Of a stretch of 47,784 nucleotides of DNA, positions 35,658 through 43,511 are shown in pieces (the first letter of the stretch is position 1; every line of letters begins with the position of its first letter). The notes beneath the pieces are model-generated. The model had not been told where the DNA came from and did not search any database. It worked only from the letters and a program-made list of their open reading frames with translations. A program made the position numbers and the translations under genes. This DNA comes from a virus, in the UHGV virus genome UHGV-1372857; one strand, written 5' to 3'.

Positions 35658-35734
35658 TGGTGCACCATACTGGATTCGAACCAGTTACCGATTGCTTAGA
35701 AGGCAATTGCTCTATCCTGATGAGCTAATGGTGC
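35658..35734 (-). tRNA. tRNA-Arg (anticodon TCT, reads AGA), CCA encoded
   Basis: Perfect 7-bp acceptor GCACCAT/ATGGTGC, D-arm GCTC/GAGC, anticodon stem ATTGC/GCAAT with loop CTTCTAA, and T-arm ACTGG-TTCGAAT-CCAGT. Confidence 0.85.
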
Positions 35735-35815
35735 GTTGTGTTGTGGTGCTGTGCGTCAGCAATTCCTTCGTCGCCTTGGTATCCGCCGCAACCGAACCAA
35801 CTAGCATCGGGAAGA

Positions 35816-35903
35816 CCACAACGATAAGAGCACTGCACTTTGCTTCGTACTCCGTGGCAATAAAGTCCACCATGTAAACCTGCAATGCTCTTACCCGTTG
35901 TGT
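35816..35903. repeat. hairpin repeat unit A
   Basis: Arms CACAACG-AT-AAGAGCA … TGCTCTT-ACC-CGTTGTG enclosing 54 nt. Confidence 0.6.
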
Positions 35904-36025
35904 GTTGTGGTGGCCGGTGCTGATCTCCGGCTTTCTCTGGCATTACACGTACCCAAGACTATTCTCCAGAGATAGCGCTGTCCTCATCAAGGGGTGCCGT
36001 CTCTAACGTATCAGCCTACGCATTC

Positions 36026-36134
36026 ACCACAACGGAAAGAGCACTCAGTTGTACCTGCCAGTTGTGCCACTAGGAAACGCTTTCGCATACCGTTAAGCTC
36101 TTTGCAAGTTCTTTAATGCTCTTACCTGTTGTGC
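36026..36134. repeat. hairpin repeat unit B
   Basis: Arms CACAACG-GA-AAGAGCA … TGCTCTT-ACC-TGTTGTG enclosing 74 nt. Confidence 0.6.
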
Positions 36135-36291
36135 GCCCATTATTAATCACACCGGGCCAGTGCGCCGAATTCATTGACAAGGAGTCGGAAGACCTTGCTG
36201 GTGTTTAGCCGTTAGGCTGCTGCCAGATACATTTCTTCGTTTGCATTTATCTTTGTGGTCAGTTTCTAAAAACCCGCAAAGTCGCACCGAA

Positions 36292-36377
36292 AACTATCGG
36301 AAAGAGCACTGCCACTTTAACCCGCTCGACCCCACAATACGCCGCCGGCTGCTCCTCAATGCTCTTACCTGATAGTT
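36292..36377. repeat. hairpin repeat unit C (covarying outer stem)
   Basis: Arms AACTATC-GGA-AAGAGCA … TGCTCTT-ACCT-GATAGTT enclosing 51 nt. Confidence 0.6.
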
Positions 36378-36424
36378 GCCGGTTACGCGTCCGGCGTCTT
36401 TCGACCGCTAATTCGATCACTTCT

Positions 36425-36603
36425 TCAATTTTGCGTTGTAATGTCGCTATACCATGACCCTTTATCATGTGCGCCTGCGCATTTTAGCGCTTCGCCGGTA
36501 TTTTTTTTGATGAGGATTGTATCGTTAATCTCCTCTATCATTCCTGGACTTACCTCAACGCTAAGGATTACCAGTAGCGACATTATAATTAACTCAATCA
36601 AGT
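36425..36603 (-). CDS. hypothetical small membrane protein (52-58 aa; TTG or ATG start) with AGGAGG RBS
   Basis: caGGAGGttaacTTGattgagttaattataATGtcg… encoding (L)IELIIMSLLVILSVEVSPGMIEE…. The ORF track extends it to 36658, which has no support. Confidence 0.3.
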
Positions 36604-36657
36604 TAACCTCCTGTGCTGTTGATTTAAATCTACACCACCAATCAAAACCTGTCAACA

Positions 36658-36666
36658 TGATATAAT
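36658..36666 (+). promoter_or_regulatory. extended -10 promoter TGaTATAAT for the major tail gene
   Basis: TG at 36658-36659, TATAAT at 36661-36666. ATG at 36701 with RBS agagg. Confidence 0.5.
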
Positions 36667-36700
36667 GCGATTGTTTAGCTAAACACAGAGGATTCTAAAC

Positions 36701-37456
36701 ATGGCTATTTGTGCAAATGATAACGGCATCATCACAGGTCGCCAGTCGCTCATTGAGCTGGCTGATGGCTGCTGGGATGCTGTACCAGCAGAGGAAGACT
36801 GGAAGTTTTTTGCTCCCATGACCTCAAAAGGAGTCGACTTCAGCCCAAGCACCACCACTTCTGAGGCTGATGATGGCGATGGCTTTGTCGCAACGCTGGT
36901 CACTACCGCAGACCTCACCATTTCTGGTGATTTTGAAGTTCGCAAGGCTGACAAGGCTGATGAGTATGGCGTGCACAACCTCATCAAATACTTTGTCACA
37001 GAAGTAAAAGCTCGTCGCCAGCCGTCACTGTGGGTGCGTCAAACCACCGGTAATACCGTTGTCGTTGCTTACTGCAACATTACCGCTCTGAGCTATGATG
37101 GCGGCACCAACGACATCATCACCGGCTCGGTTGAATTCAAGCCGTATGATGGCTCTACCGTTGACGTGTCCAGCATCGAAGATTTGACGCTGACTACTGA
37201 TATCAGCGCAACAAAAAGCGTTGCTACTGGCGCAACTCTGACGCTTGGCCCTGTTGCGGCTTCTGGCGGTGTCGAGCCTTATACCTACCAATGGTATAAA
37301 GGCACTTCGCCGATCAGCGGTGCTACTACCGACACGTTCACCAAGGCCACTGCCGCCGCTGGTGATGCCGGTACGTACTTCTGCCGCGTGATGGACTCGG
37401 CAACCAGTCCTGATTACGTTGACTCCACCAAGTGTGTTGTTACCGTTGCGGAATAA
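36701..37456 (+). CDS. major tail (tube) protein with a C-terminal Ig-like (Big_2-type) domain
   Basis: 251 aa. C-terminal ~80 aa with …TLGPVAASGGVEPYTYQWYKGTSPISGATTDTFTKATAAAGDAGTYFCRV…, a classic Ig-like decoration. Confidence 0.7.
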   Translation: MAICANDNGIITGRQSLIELADGCWDAVPAEEDWKFFAPMTSKGVDFSPSTTTSEADDGDGFVATLVTTADLTISGDFEVRKADKADEYGVHNLIKYFVTEVKARRQPSLWVRQTTGNTVVVAYCNITALSYDGGTNDIITGSVEFKPYDGSTVDVSSIEDLTLTTDISATKSVATGATLTLGPVAASGGVEPYTYQWYKGTSPISGATTDTFTKATAAAGDAGTYFCRVMDSATSPDYVDSTKCVVTVAE

Positions 37457-37459
37457 AGA

Positions 37460-37485
37460 AAACCCCCGAAAGGGGGTTTATTTTG
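37460..37485. terminator. bidirectional terminator (aaagaaaa CCCCC gaaa GGGGG tttatttt)
   Basis: 5-bp GC stem flanked by A-runs and T-runs. Confidence 0.7.
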
Positions 37486-37780
37486 CACTCAGAATATCTC
37501 GAAACTTTTCTGAAAATTCACGCCTCATTCTCTCAATGTCATCGTCCATATCCTTAAATTCAACCTGCTTTCTTGATTTTTGCAGAGTGTACCCACATCG
37601 CGCCATATACCAAAGAAATGTATCAACCACGTAAATATGACCATCGCGTGGATTACCGTTTTCATTGGCGTTGGTGATTGTATTGTGCATGGCCTTGAAT
37701 ACGTCTTTCTGGTCATGGAAATCACGCATGAATTCAGGTAGATACTCCCCGCTTTCCAGCCACTTTGTCAATTTACTCAT
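37478..37780 (-). CDS. hypothetical protein (100 aa; start MSKLTKWLESGEY)
   Basis: Minus-strand accessory block between the tail tube and chaperone genes. Confidence 0.4.
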   Translation of the reverse strand: MSKLTKWLESGEYLPEFMRDFHDQKDVFKAMHNTITNANENGNPRDGHIYVVDTFLWYMARCGYTLQKSRKQVEFKDMDDDIERMRREFSEKFRDILSAK

Positions 37781-37921
37781 CACGCCTTCCTCGTCTTGTT
37801 CTTGATGCCCCACAAAATCAGATTAGCCATAAACTCAGATCGTCTCAGGTGAATTGCTATCGCGTAGTTTATGTCAATGCGCTGTCCTGCATATGCAGAT
37901 ATCACATCTTCGTCGTCTTTA

Positions 37922-38299
37922 TTAACTGGCATTTTTGGACTCCTGCATCATGAGGAAGACAATCATGGCGGCACGCAGTGGATTTGCATCAAAAACGGCA
38001 TCAGAGCTTGCATAAAAACAAACATCAGAATCTCCGGTGATGCCATCAATTACTGTATCAATTGGCGCAGCAATCCATTTGTTATCGAGTGACACGATGC
38101 TTATCTTATTAGCAACGATAATCGGCCATGCATCCGCTGGGTTGTTGCATGGGTTAAAAACATGCCAATTTGCACCGTCACCCCAATGCACCGCCATGTC
38201 AGTATACGGGAGCCTTGATATGCAGTCGTAATCGACCACAATCTCTGCAACACGTAAATTAATCTCAAAATCACTCATCTTGCTGTAATTAGTGCTCAT
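37922..38299 (-). CDS. hypothetical protein (125 aa)
   Basis: ORF in the minus-strand block. Confidence 0.4.
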   Translation of the reverse strand: MSTNYSKMSDFEINLRVAEIVVDYDCISRLPYTDMAVHWGDGANWHVFNPCNNPADAWPIIVANKISIVSLDNKWIAAPIDTVIDGITGDSDVCFYASSDAVFDANPLRAAMIVFLMMQESKNAS

Positions 38300-38432
38300 C
38301 TCTTATCCTCCACCACTACGCCAATCTTAGCCAGCAACAAAATCGCCTTTACGCGGGCCTCTTCATAGGTGTATCCCTGGTCAATGTAAAGGTCGATGTA
38401 AAACCTCAAATCAGCATCAGTCTCGTTCATAT
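38299..38432 (-). CDS. hypothetical small protein (~43 aa; MNETDADLRFYIDLYIDQGYTYEEARVKAILLLAKIGVVVEDK)
   Basis: Not in the ORF track. RBS gaggg. First gene of the minus block. Confidence 0.25.
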
Positions 38433-38489
38433 GTCAAACCCTCAATCACCTTATGCTTTCAATCTACGTCAGTCTTGCGCCCCCTGTCA

Positions 38490-38498
38490 ATGGTATAA
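38490..38498 (+). promoter_or_regulatory. extended -10 promoter TGgTATAAT for the chaperone and tape-measure operon
   Basis: TG at 38490-38491, TATAAT at 38493-38498. ATG at 38528. Confidence 0.5.
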
Positions 38499-38527
38499 TT
38501 ACGTCATTATGAAAACAGGATTTAGAC

Positions 38528-39235
38528 ATGAGACAACGCACACCGCTAACAGAAATCGGAGAGATGCGCATCTCCCTGGCTGACAAGTCTTTTTTCTTCA
38601 AACCATCATTTGCGGCGATGAATGAACTTGGCTCGCCAAAAGAGATTGTCGAGCTGTACGCTACTCTTAATGGCTATGAATACGCGGCCATACTCGGCGC
38701 CATTCAGTCAAGGCCGTATGGCGCGCAGATTCAGGTGGCAAAAATCCTGTCACGTCCTGCCTATGGCAAGAAAGTGCTCAGCGCCGCCTGCCTCATCATG
38801 CAGTCCTGTTGTGATGATGATATCTCGGTGCTCATTGGGTCATGGAAGCCGACTCCGCGCGGTGTGAAGTACGTCACCGGAAGAATGCCAGTAAATGACA
38901 TTATTATTATTGCTCGCAACCTGATGGAGCATGGCATCATCGGCAAGTCTCCGCTCAAGGTTCCTCAGCGCTCGGAAAACCAAAAGCGCACAACCAGTGA
39001 ATTGAGAATGTCGGATTACATCATCTCAGCTCGCACTCATTTCGGCATCACCCGTGAGGAAGCGGAAGACCTGACCATGACCGAGTATCAGCAGATGATA
39101 AAATCAAAATACCCGGAACCAGAAGGCATGACGCGCGAGCAGTATGATGCGTCTTATGAGCGGGCCAAGCTGAATAAACAGAAACTGAAAGAGAAAGCCG
39201 CCAGAAAGGCCGCTAAAAGCAAAGGAGCAAAATAA
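38528..39235 (+). CDS. tail assembly chaperone (single ORF; no G/GT-type frameshift evident)
   Basis: 235 aa immediately upstream of the tape-measure gene, with a basic C-terminal tail. Confidence 0.5.
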   Translation: MRQRTPLTEIGEMRISLADKSFFFKPSFAAMNELGSPKEIVELYATLNGYEYAAILGAIQSRPYGAQIQVAKILSRPAYGKKVLSAACLIMQSCCDDDISVLIGSWKPTPRGVKYVTGRMPVNDIIIIARNLMEHGIIGKSPLKVPQRSENQKRTTSELRMSDYIISARTHFGITREEAEDLTMTEYQQMIKSKYPEPEGMTREQYDASYERAKLNKQKLKEKAARKAAKSKGAK

Positions 39236-42150
39236 TGGCAGAAGAAGTTGGCGGCATTGTCTATGAGGTTGGCATGGAGGTCTCGGGCCTCACTGCTGGC
39301 GCCAAACAGGCTGAGGATGCACTTGACAGCATTGACAAGTCAGCACAGAACTCATCAAAAAGCATGGATAAGCTGGATGGTGCGGCATCATCATCTGGCA
39401 AAGAGCTTTCAGCCCTGGCAAAAATTGTAAGCTCCATTGATGCAACGCTGAAGGATATGGCTTCATCGTCGAAGACTGCCGCCAGTTCAGTAGAAGCAAC
39501 AACCTCAAGCGTCACTGGTGCCGAGAAAGTTATTGCAGCACTAAACCAACAGCTCGCACAGATGCAGCAGGCTCAGGTATCCGCGAACGCAACCGGCCTT
39601 GCACTTCAAAACTCAGTCAATCAGGTCACTCAGGCAATTCGCGCGCTTGGCGCTCAGTCAACTGAAACGGGTGGCTCAATATCTGGTATTGACAGGATGA
39701 TTGAGAGCCTTGGAAACCAGATCGCAATCCTCGACGAACAGGCGGAAAAGGGCGCAAGAAGTGCGGCGATACTGGCTGCGCAGCTTCGCGCTGGAGATAG
39801 CGCCACTGACGCACAGAAAGCAAAAATATCTGAGCTTACTGGCCGTCTGTACGACATGAAAAATGGCACCGAAGCCGCTGGGAAGTCCACCGGTAACTTT
39901 AAAAATATAATGCAGCAGGGTGGCTATCAGATACAGGACTTTATCGTTCAGGTTCAGGGAGGGCAGTCTGCGCTTGTGGCATTTAGTCAGCAAGGTTCGC
40001 AGCTGGCTTCTGTGTTTAGCCCCGTGGCAGGCGCCGTGCTGACCATCGCAACGGTTATTGCTGGCTCACTGATAGCGTCACTCGGAAACGGCAAAAACGC
40101 CGTTGATTCACTGAAAGAAGCCATAGCGACCATGGATAGCGTCGTGTCGGTTTCATCTTCTGGTGTCGCTGTCTATACCGACAAATTCGCCCAGCTTGCA
40201 AAAGCCAACTCAGCGGTAGCTACGCTGATGCGCCAACAGGCGCAGCTTGAGTTACAGGCAGCCCTGTCTAAAGTTTCAGCGGAAGTAACGAAAGCATCAA
40301 GTGACTTTATCGGATTTGGCGATTCGCTTGTTTCATCGCTTGGTGGTGGCTATGCCAGCGTGAAGCTTTTCAATGACTACATGTCGCAGCTTAATATCAC
40401 AACGAATAGCTGGACGGAAGCCATTAAACAAGCATCAGCAGCGGGCCAGGCCGGTCAGACGTCAATGAATGGCATGATTGCCACGGTAGGCGCGTTAGCT
40501 GGTAAATTCCAGCTCTCAGACCAGCAGGCTTTCGAATTTGCAAAACAGCTTTCTGATATTGCAAAAAACCCATCTGATGAGAAGCTAAAGGCGCTGATTG
40601 TCACGTTACAAAAAGTCAGCGAAGGAACATCCAGCGGAGCGGCAACGGCACGAGAGTATGCCAAAAGTCTACTGGCCATTGTAACTAGTACGGCTGATGC
40701 AACACAGCGCCTAAAAGTTTTAAAACAAATGACTGATGAGTTAACTGACTCTCAGGATAAGGCGTTGCAGCAGGCTAAGCAGACCCTTTTCATTGAGCGA
40801 CAGACTGGCGTAGAGAAGCAGAAGGCTCTGGCGTGGCGTGATGCTGAAAATCAGGGGCTGAAAGCCGGTACTCAGGCATTCCGTGACTATTACAATGTTC
40901 GCCTGCAAACCTATCAGCAACAGGAGAAAAATGCACAAGCCCTGAAGGATGAGCGTAGCGCGCAAAGTGCGGCAAACTCAGAGGCAAAAAAAGCAGCCAC
41001 AGAGCAGGAGAATATCGCCAATAAACTTGAACAGCTTCGCCAGAAGTCACTGCTTACCGCTGAAAGTACAAGAGAGCTTAGCCGCGAACAGTCAATACTG
41101 GCTGCTCAGCAGTCTCTTGGAAAGGGAGCCACTCAGGAGCAAATTAACCTCGCCGGGCAATATGCGGCTAAGGCATGGGATAATGCCAACGCGCTCAAGG
41201 CTCAGGCAGAGGCGGAGAAACAAAGGGTCGAAGCTGTAAAGGGCTTCGCTGCATTAAAATCGCAGACATCCCCAATGTTTGCCGTTGAAACAAATTATCA
41301 GAAAGATTTAGCAGCGCTCAATGCTTACGCGGTAGCTTACCCGCAAAAGATAGCGGAGGTTGAGCAGGCCAGAGCGGCTATTGAGGAGCAATACCGCCAG
41401 CAGCGTCTTGATGCCATGTGGCAGGAGTGGAGCCAGCAGAATGCGGCTACGCAAGCAGCAGCCGCTGCATTTGATGCTTTTGGGCAAACCGCAAGCAATG
41501 CCTTAACTGGCGTTCTGACTGGCTCAATGTCTGTTAGCGAGGCGCTACAGTCAATAGGGAGCACTGTGTTGAACGCTGTGATTAACTCATTCGTTCAGAT
41601 GGGCGTGGAGTGGCTTAAATCGGTCATCATGGGTCAGGTTGGAATGACCGCTGCATCAGGGATGGCAGCAGCTCAGGCACAAGTTATTGCAGCAGCCATG
41701 GCGCCAGCAGCAGCAATGACCTCTCTTGCTACATCTGGAGCCAACGCAATCCCTGCGCAGGCTGGCATTGTTTCCACCGTTGGTGTGGCTAAAGCAATGT
41801 CTGTTGCCGGGGCATTAAAGAATGGCGGCCCTGCGCAGGCTGGCTCAATGTATCAGGTCGGCGAGAACAACCTACCTGAAATCTTCCAGGCCAGCAATGG
41901 CAATCAGTACATGATACCCGGGGACAACGGAAAGGTTATCAGCAACAAAGACCTTACCGGCGGCGGCAGTGGCCTTGTGATTTATAATAGTGTGACAAAC
42001 TATACGTCATCAAACGTGACAACCACCGCAAAAGATAATGGTGACGGCTCTGTTACAATTGAGACTATCGTTGCCGACATAGAAAATGGCGGCCCTATTT
42101 CTCAGGCTATTACCAGCAATACCACTGCAACCAGAAGGGCAACAGAATAA
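39235..42150 (+). CDS. tail tape measure protein
   Basis: 971 aa, Ala/Gln-rich coiled coil throughout, with a hydrophobic Gly/Ala segment near the C-terminus. Confidence 0.9.
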   Translation: MAEEVGGIVYEVGMEVSGLTAGAKQAEDALDSIDKSAQNSSKSMDKLDGAASSSGKELSALAKIVSSIDATLKDMASSSKTAASSVEATTSSVTGAEKVIAALNQQLAQMQQAQVSANATGLALQNSVNQVTQAIRALGAQSTETGGSISGIDRMIESLGNQIAILDEQAEKGARSAAILAAQLRAGDSATDAQKAKISELTGRLYDMKNGTEAAGKSTGNFKNIMQQGGYQIQDFIVQVQGGQSALVAFSQQGSQLASVFSPVAGAVLTIATVIAGSLIASLGNGKNAVDSLKEAIATMDSVVSVSSSGVAVYTDKFAQLAKANSAVATLMRQQAQLELQAALSKVSAEVTKASSDFIGFGDSLVSSLGGGYASVKLFNDYMSQLNITTNSWTEAIKQASAAGQAGQTSMNGMIATVGALAGKFQLSDQQAFEFAKQLSDIAKNPSDEKLKALIVTLQKVSEGTSSGAATAREYAKSLLAIVTSTADATQRLKVLKQMTDELTDSQDKALQQAKQTLFIERQTGVEKQKALAWRDAENQGLKAGTQAFRDYYNVRLQTYQQQEKNAQALKDERSAQSAANSEAKKAATEQENIANKLEQLRQKSLLTAESTRELSREQSILAAQQSLGKGATQEQINLAGQYAAKAWDNANALKAQAEAEKQRVEAVKGFAALKSQTSPMFAVETNYQKDLAALNAYAVAYPQKIAEVEQARAAIEEQYRQQRLDAMWQEWSQQNAATQAAAAAFDAFGQTASNALTGVLTGSMSVSEALQSIGSTVLNAVINSFVQMGVEWLKSVIMGQVGMTAASGMAAAQAQVIAAAMAPAAAMTSLATSGANAIPAQAGIVSTVGVAKAMSVAGALKNGGPAQAGSMYQVGENNLPEIFQASNGNQYMIPGDNGKVISNKDLTGGGSGLVIYNSVTNYTSSNVTTTAKDNGDGSVTIETIVADIENGGPISQAITSNTTATRRATE

Positions 42151-42620
42151 TGGCTATAGCTTACCCATCATGGCTACCGCTTGCGCAGCGTGCCAGCAAG
42201 AACATGACGACTCAAACCCCATTCCGCAGCGATCAGCCTGCGGTTGGGGCGCCAATATTTCAAAAGTTAACGACCGATGTTGCAGTAACATGGAGTTTGA
42301 CATGGGTTTTTACTCTGGAGCAAGACCGGGCTTTCATGCAGTGGTTAAGGAGTCCAAAGTACCTCAATAAATGCAACGAATGGTTTACAATGGATGTTGA
42401 TCTTGGAGGTAGTGGAAGACAAAAACAGACATTGCATTTTACTGACTATCCAGTTCAAACCAGCATCAATGGTGGCGTCGTAACATGGACAGGAAACGTG
42501 ATAGCAAAAACGTTAAATAATAGTGATGATGGCTCTGATGATATTATAGTTGAATATCCACCAAGCCAAAGATTGTGGCTCGATGAAATTGTTAACAGAG
42601 ACTGGCCGGAGTATCCATAA
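42150..42620 (+). CDS. distal tail protein (gpM-like minor tail protein)
   Basis: First gene after the tape measure, 156 aa. Confidence 0.45.
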   Translation: MAIAYPSWLPLAQRASKNMTTQTPFRSDQPAVGAPIFQKLTTDVAVTWSLTWVFTLEQDRAFMQWLRSPKYLNKCNEWFTMDVDLGGSGRQKQTLHFTDYPVQTSINGGVVTWTGNVIAKTLNNSDDGSDDIIVEYPPSQRLWLDEIVNRDWPEYP

Positions 42621-43090
42621 TGCCAACATTGCGTGAATACCAGTCGAAAAGGCCAAACTGGAAACTGTATGACACCATAACCTTTTATCATTCTTCATTT
42701 GGTTATGTCCGGCTAGTTGGCAATGAGTTTTCTGATATTGTACTTGGCGGTCAGACTTACCAGCCAGTGCGCATGGATGTAACCAGAAGCCAACAATCAA
42801 ACACGCCGGTAATCAATGCCACGCTGAAGTTTGCGAGACTAGCTAATGACTTTAAGCAATATTTAAAGTTATGGTCAGGTTCTGGACGCATTGAGCCCAT
42901 CACTGCGTTATACCAGCGTTTTGACGAGACTGACAAAGACACACCATTAAAACCATATACGCTTTATGTGAACGATGTGACGCTTGATCAGTCTGATGTA
43001 ACTGTCTCCATCTCCATAAAAAACCCAATCAATGGCAACGTGGCAAAACTTTATGACATCACAGAATTCCCCGGACTGCGTACCGTTTGA
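42620..43090 (+). CDS. minor tail protein L-like
   Basis: [11 protein letters not shown] resembles the gpL core (GRQYQPYPI). 156 aa. Confidence 0.45.
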   Translation: MPTLREYQSKRPNWKLYDTITFYHSSFGYVRLVGNEFSDIVLGGQTYQPVRMDVTRSQQSNTPVINATLKFARLANDFKQYLKLWSGSGRIEPITALYQRFDETDKDTPLKPYTLYVNDVTLDQSDVTVSISIKNPINGNVAKLYDITEFPGLRTV

Positions 43091-43103
43091 CGATTTTGAA
43101 AGG

Positions 43104-43511
43104 ATGATGACTGGTAAGCCATACGTCGACAGGTGTTGTCACGTTGACGCGGTGGACTGCTGGGGTCTGGTGGTGCTGTTCTATCGCCTGTGCATGAATG
43201 TTAATGTCCATCATGATGATTCATATTCAAGTGGCGGCGATTTTGTCACTTGTTTCAATGGGGAAATTTCATTCTGGAAAGACACCGAGCGGCCAAAAAT
43301 TGGCGATGTGGTGGTTTCCTATCGTGGGAGTTATCCGGTACATGTCGCGCTGTGGTGGGGTCGTGATAAAATACTGCATGCGCGAGAGAAAACGGCAGTC
43401 AAGACAGACCGCCTTAAAACACTCGAAAAATTATCAACAAAATTAAGGTTCCTGACTTATGCCGGTTATTCACATTCAGAAGATGCCAGGGGTTCCAAAA
43501 GAGACGGGTGA
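43104..43511 (+). CDS. NlpC/P60 (C40) family tail tip protein, gpK-like
   Basis: [10 protein letters not shown] contains the catalytic Cys, with downstream His residues. Position matches lambda K. Confidence 0.6.
   Translation: MMTGKPYVDRCCHVDAVDCWGLVVLFYRLCMNVNVHHDDSYSSGGDFVTCFNGEISFWKDTERPKIGDVVVSYRGSYPVHVALWWGRDKILHAREKTAVKTDRLKTLEKLSTKLRFLTYAGYSHSEDARGSKRDG

Noticed and set aside
35816-36377. Could the three hairpin units be a CRISPR array or degenerate tRNA genes?
   Set aside because: The units are inverted-repeat hairpins at irregular intervals (210 and 266 bp), not direct repeats with unique spacers. They lack any T-arm (GTTCGAATC) or anticodon-arm geometry, so they are not tRNA pseudogenes.
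38590-38596. T_TTT_TTC slippery heptamer in the chaperone gene as a G/GT-type -1 frameshift site
   Set aside because: It lies only 21 codons into the ORF, whereas chaperone frameshift sites are near the 3' end. No suitable downstream structure or extended -1 ORF toward the tape-measure gene was seen.
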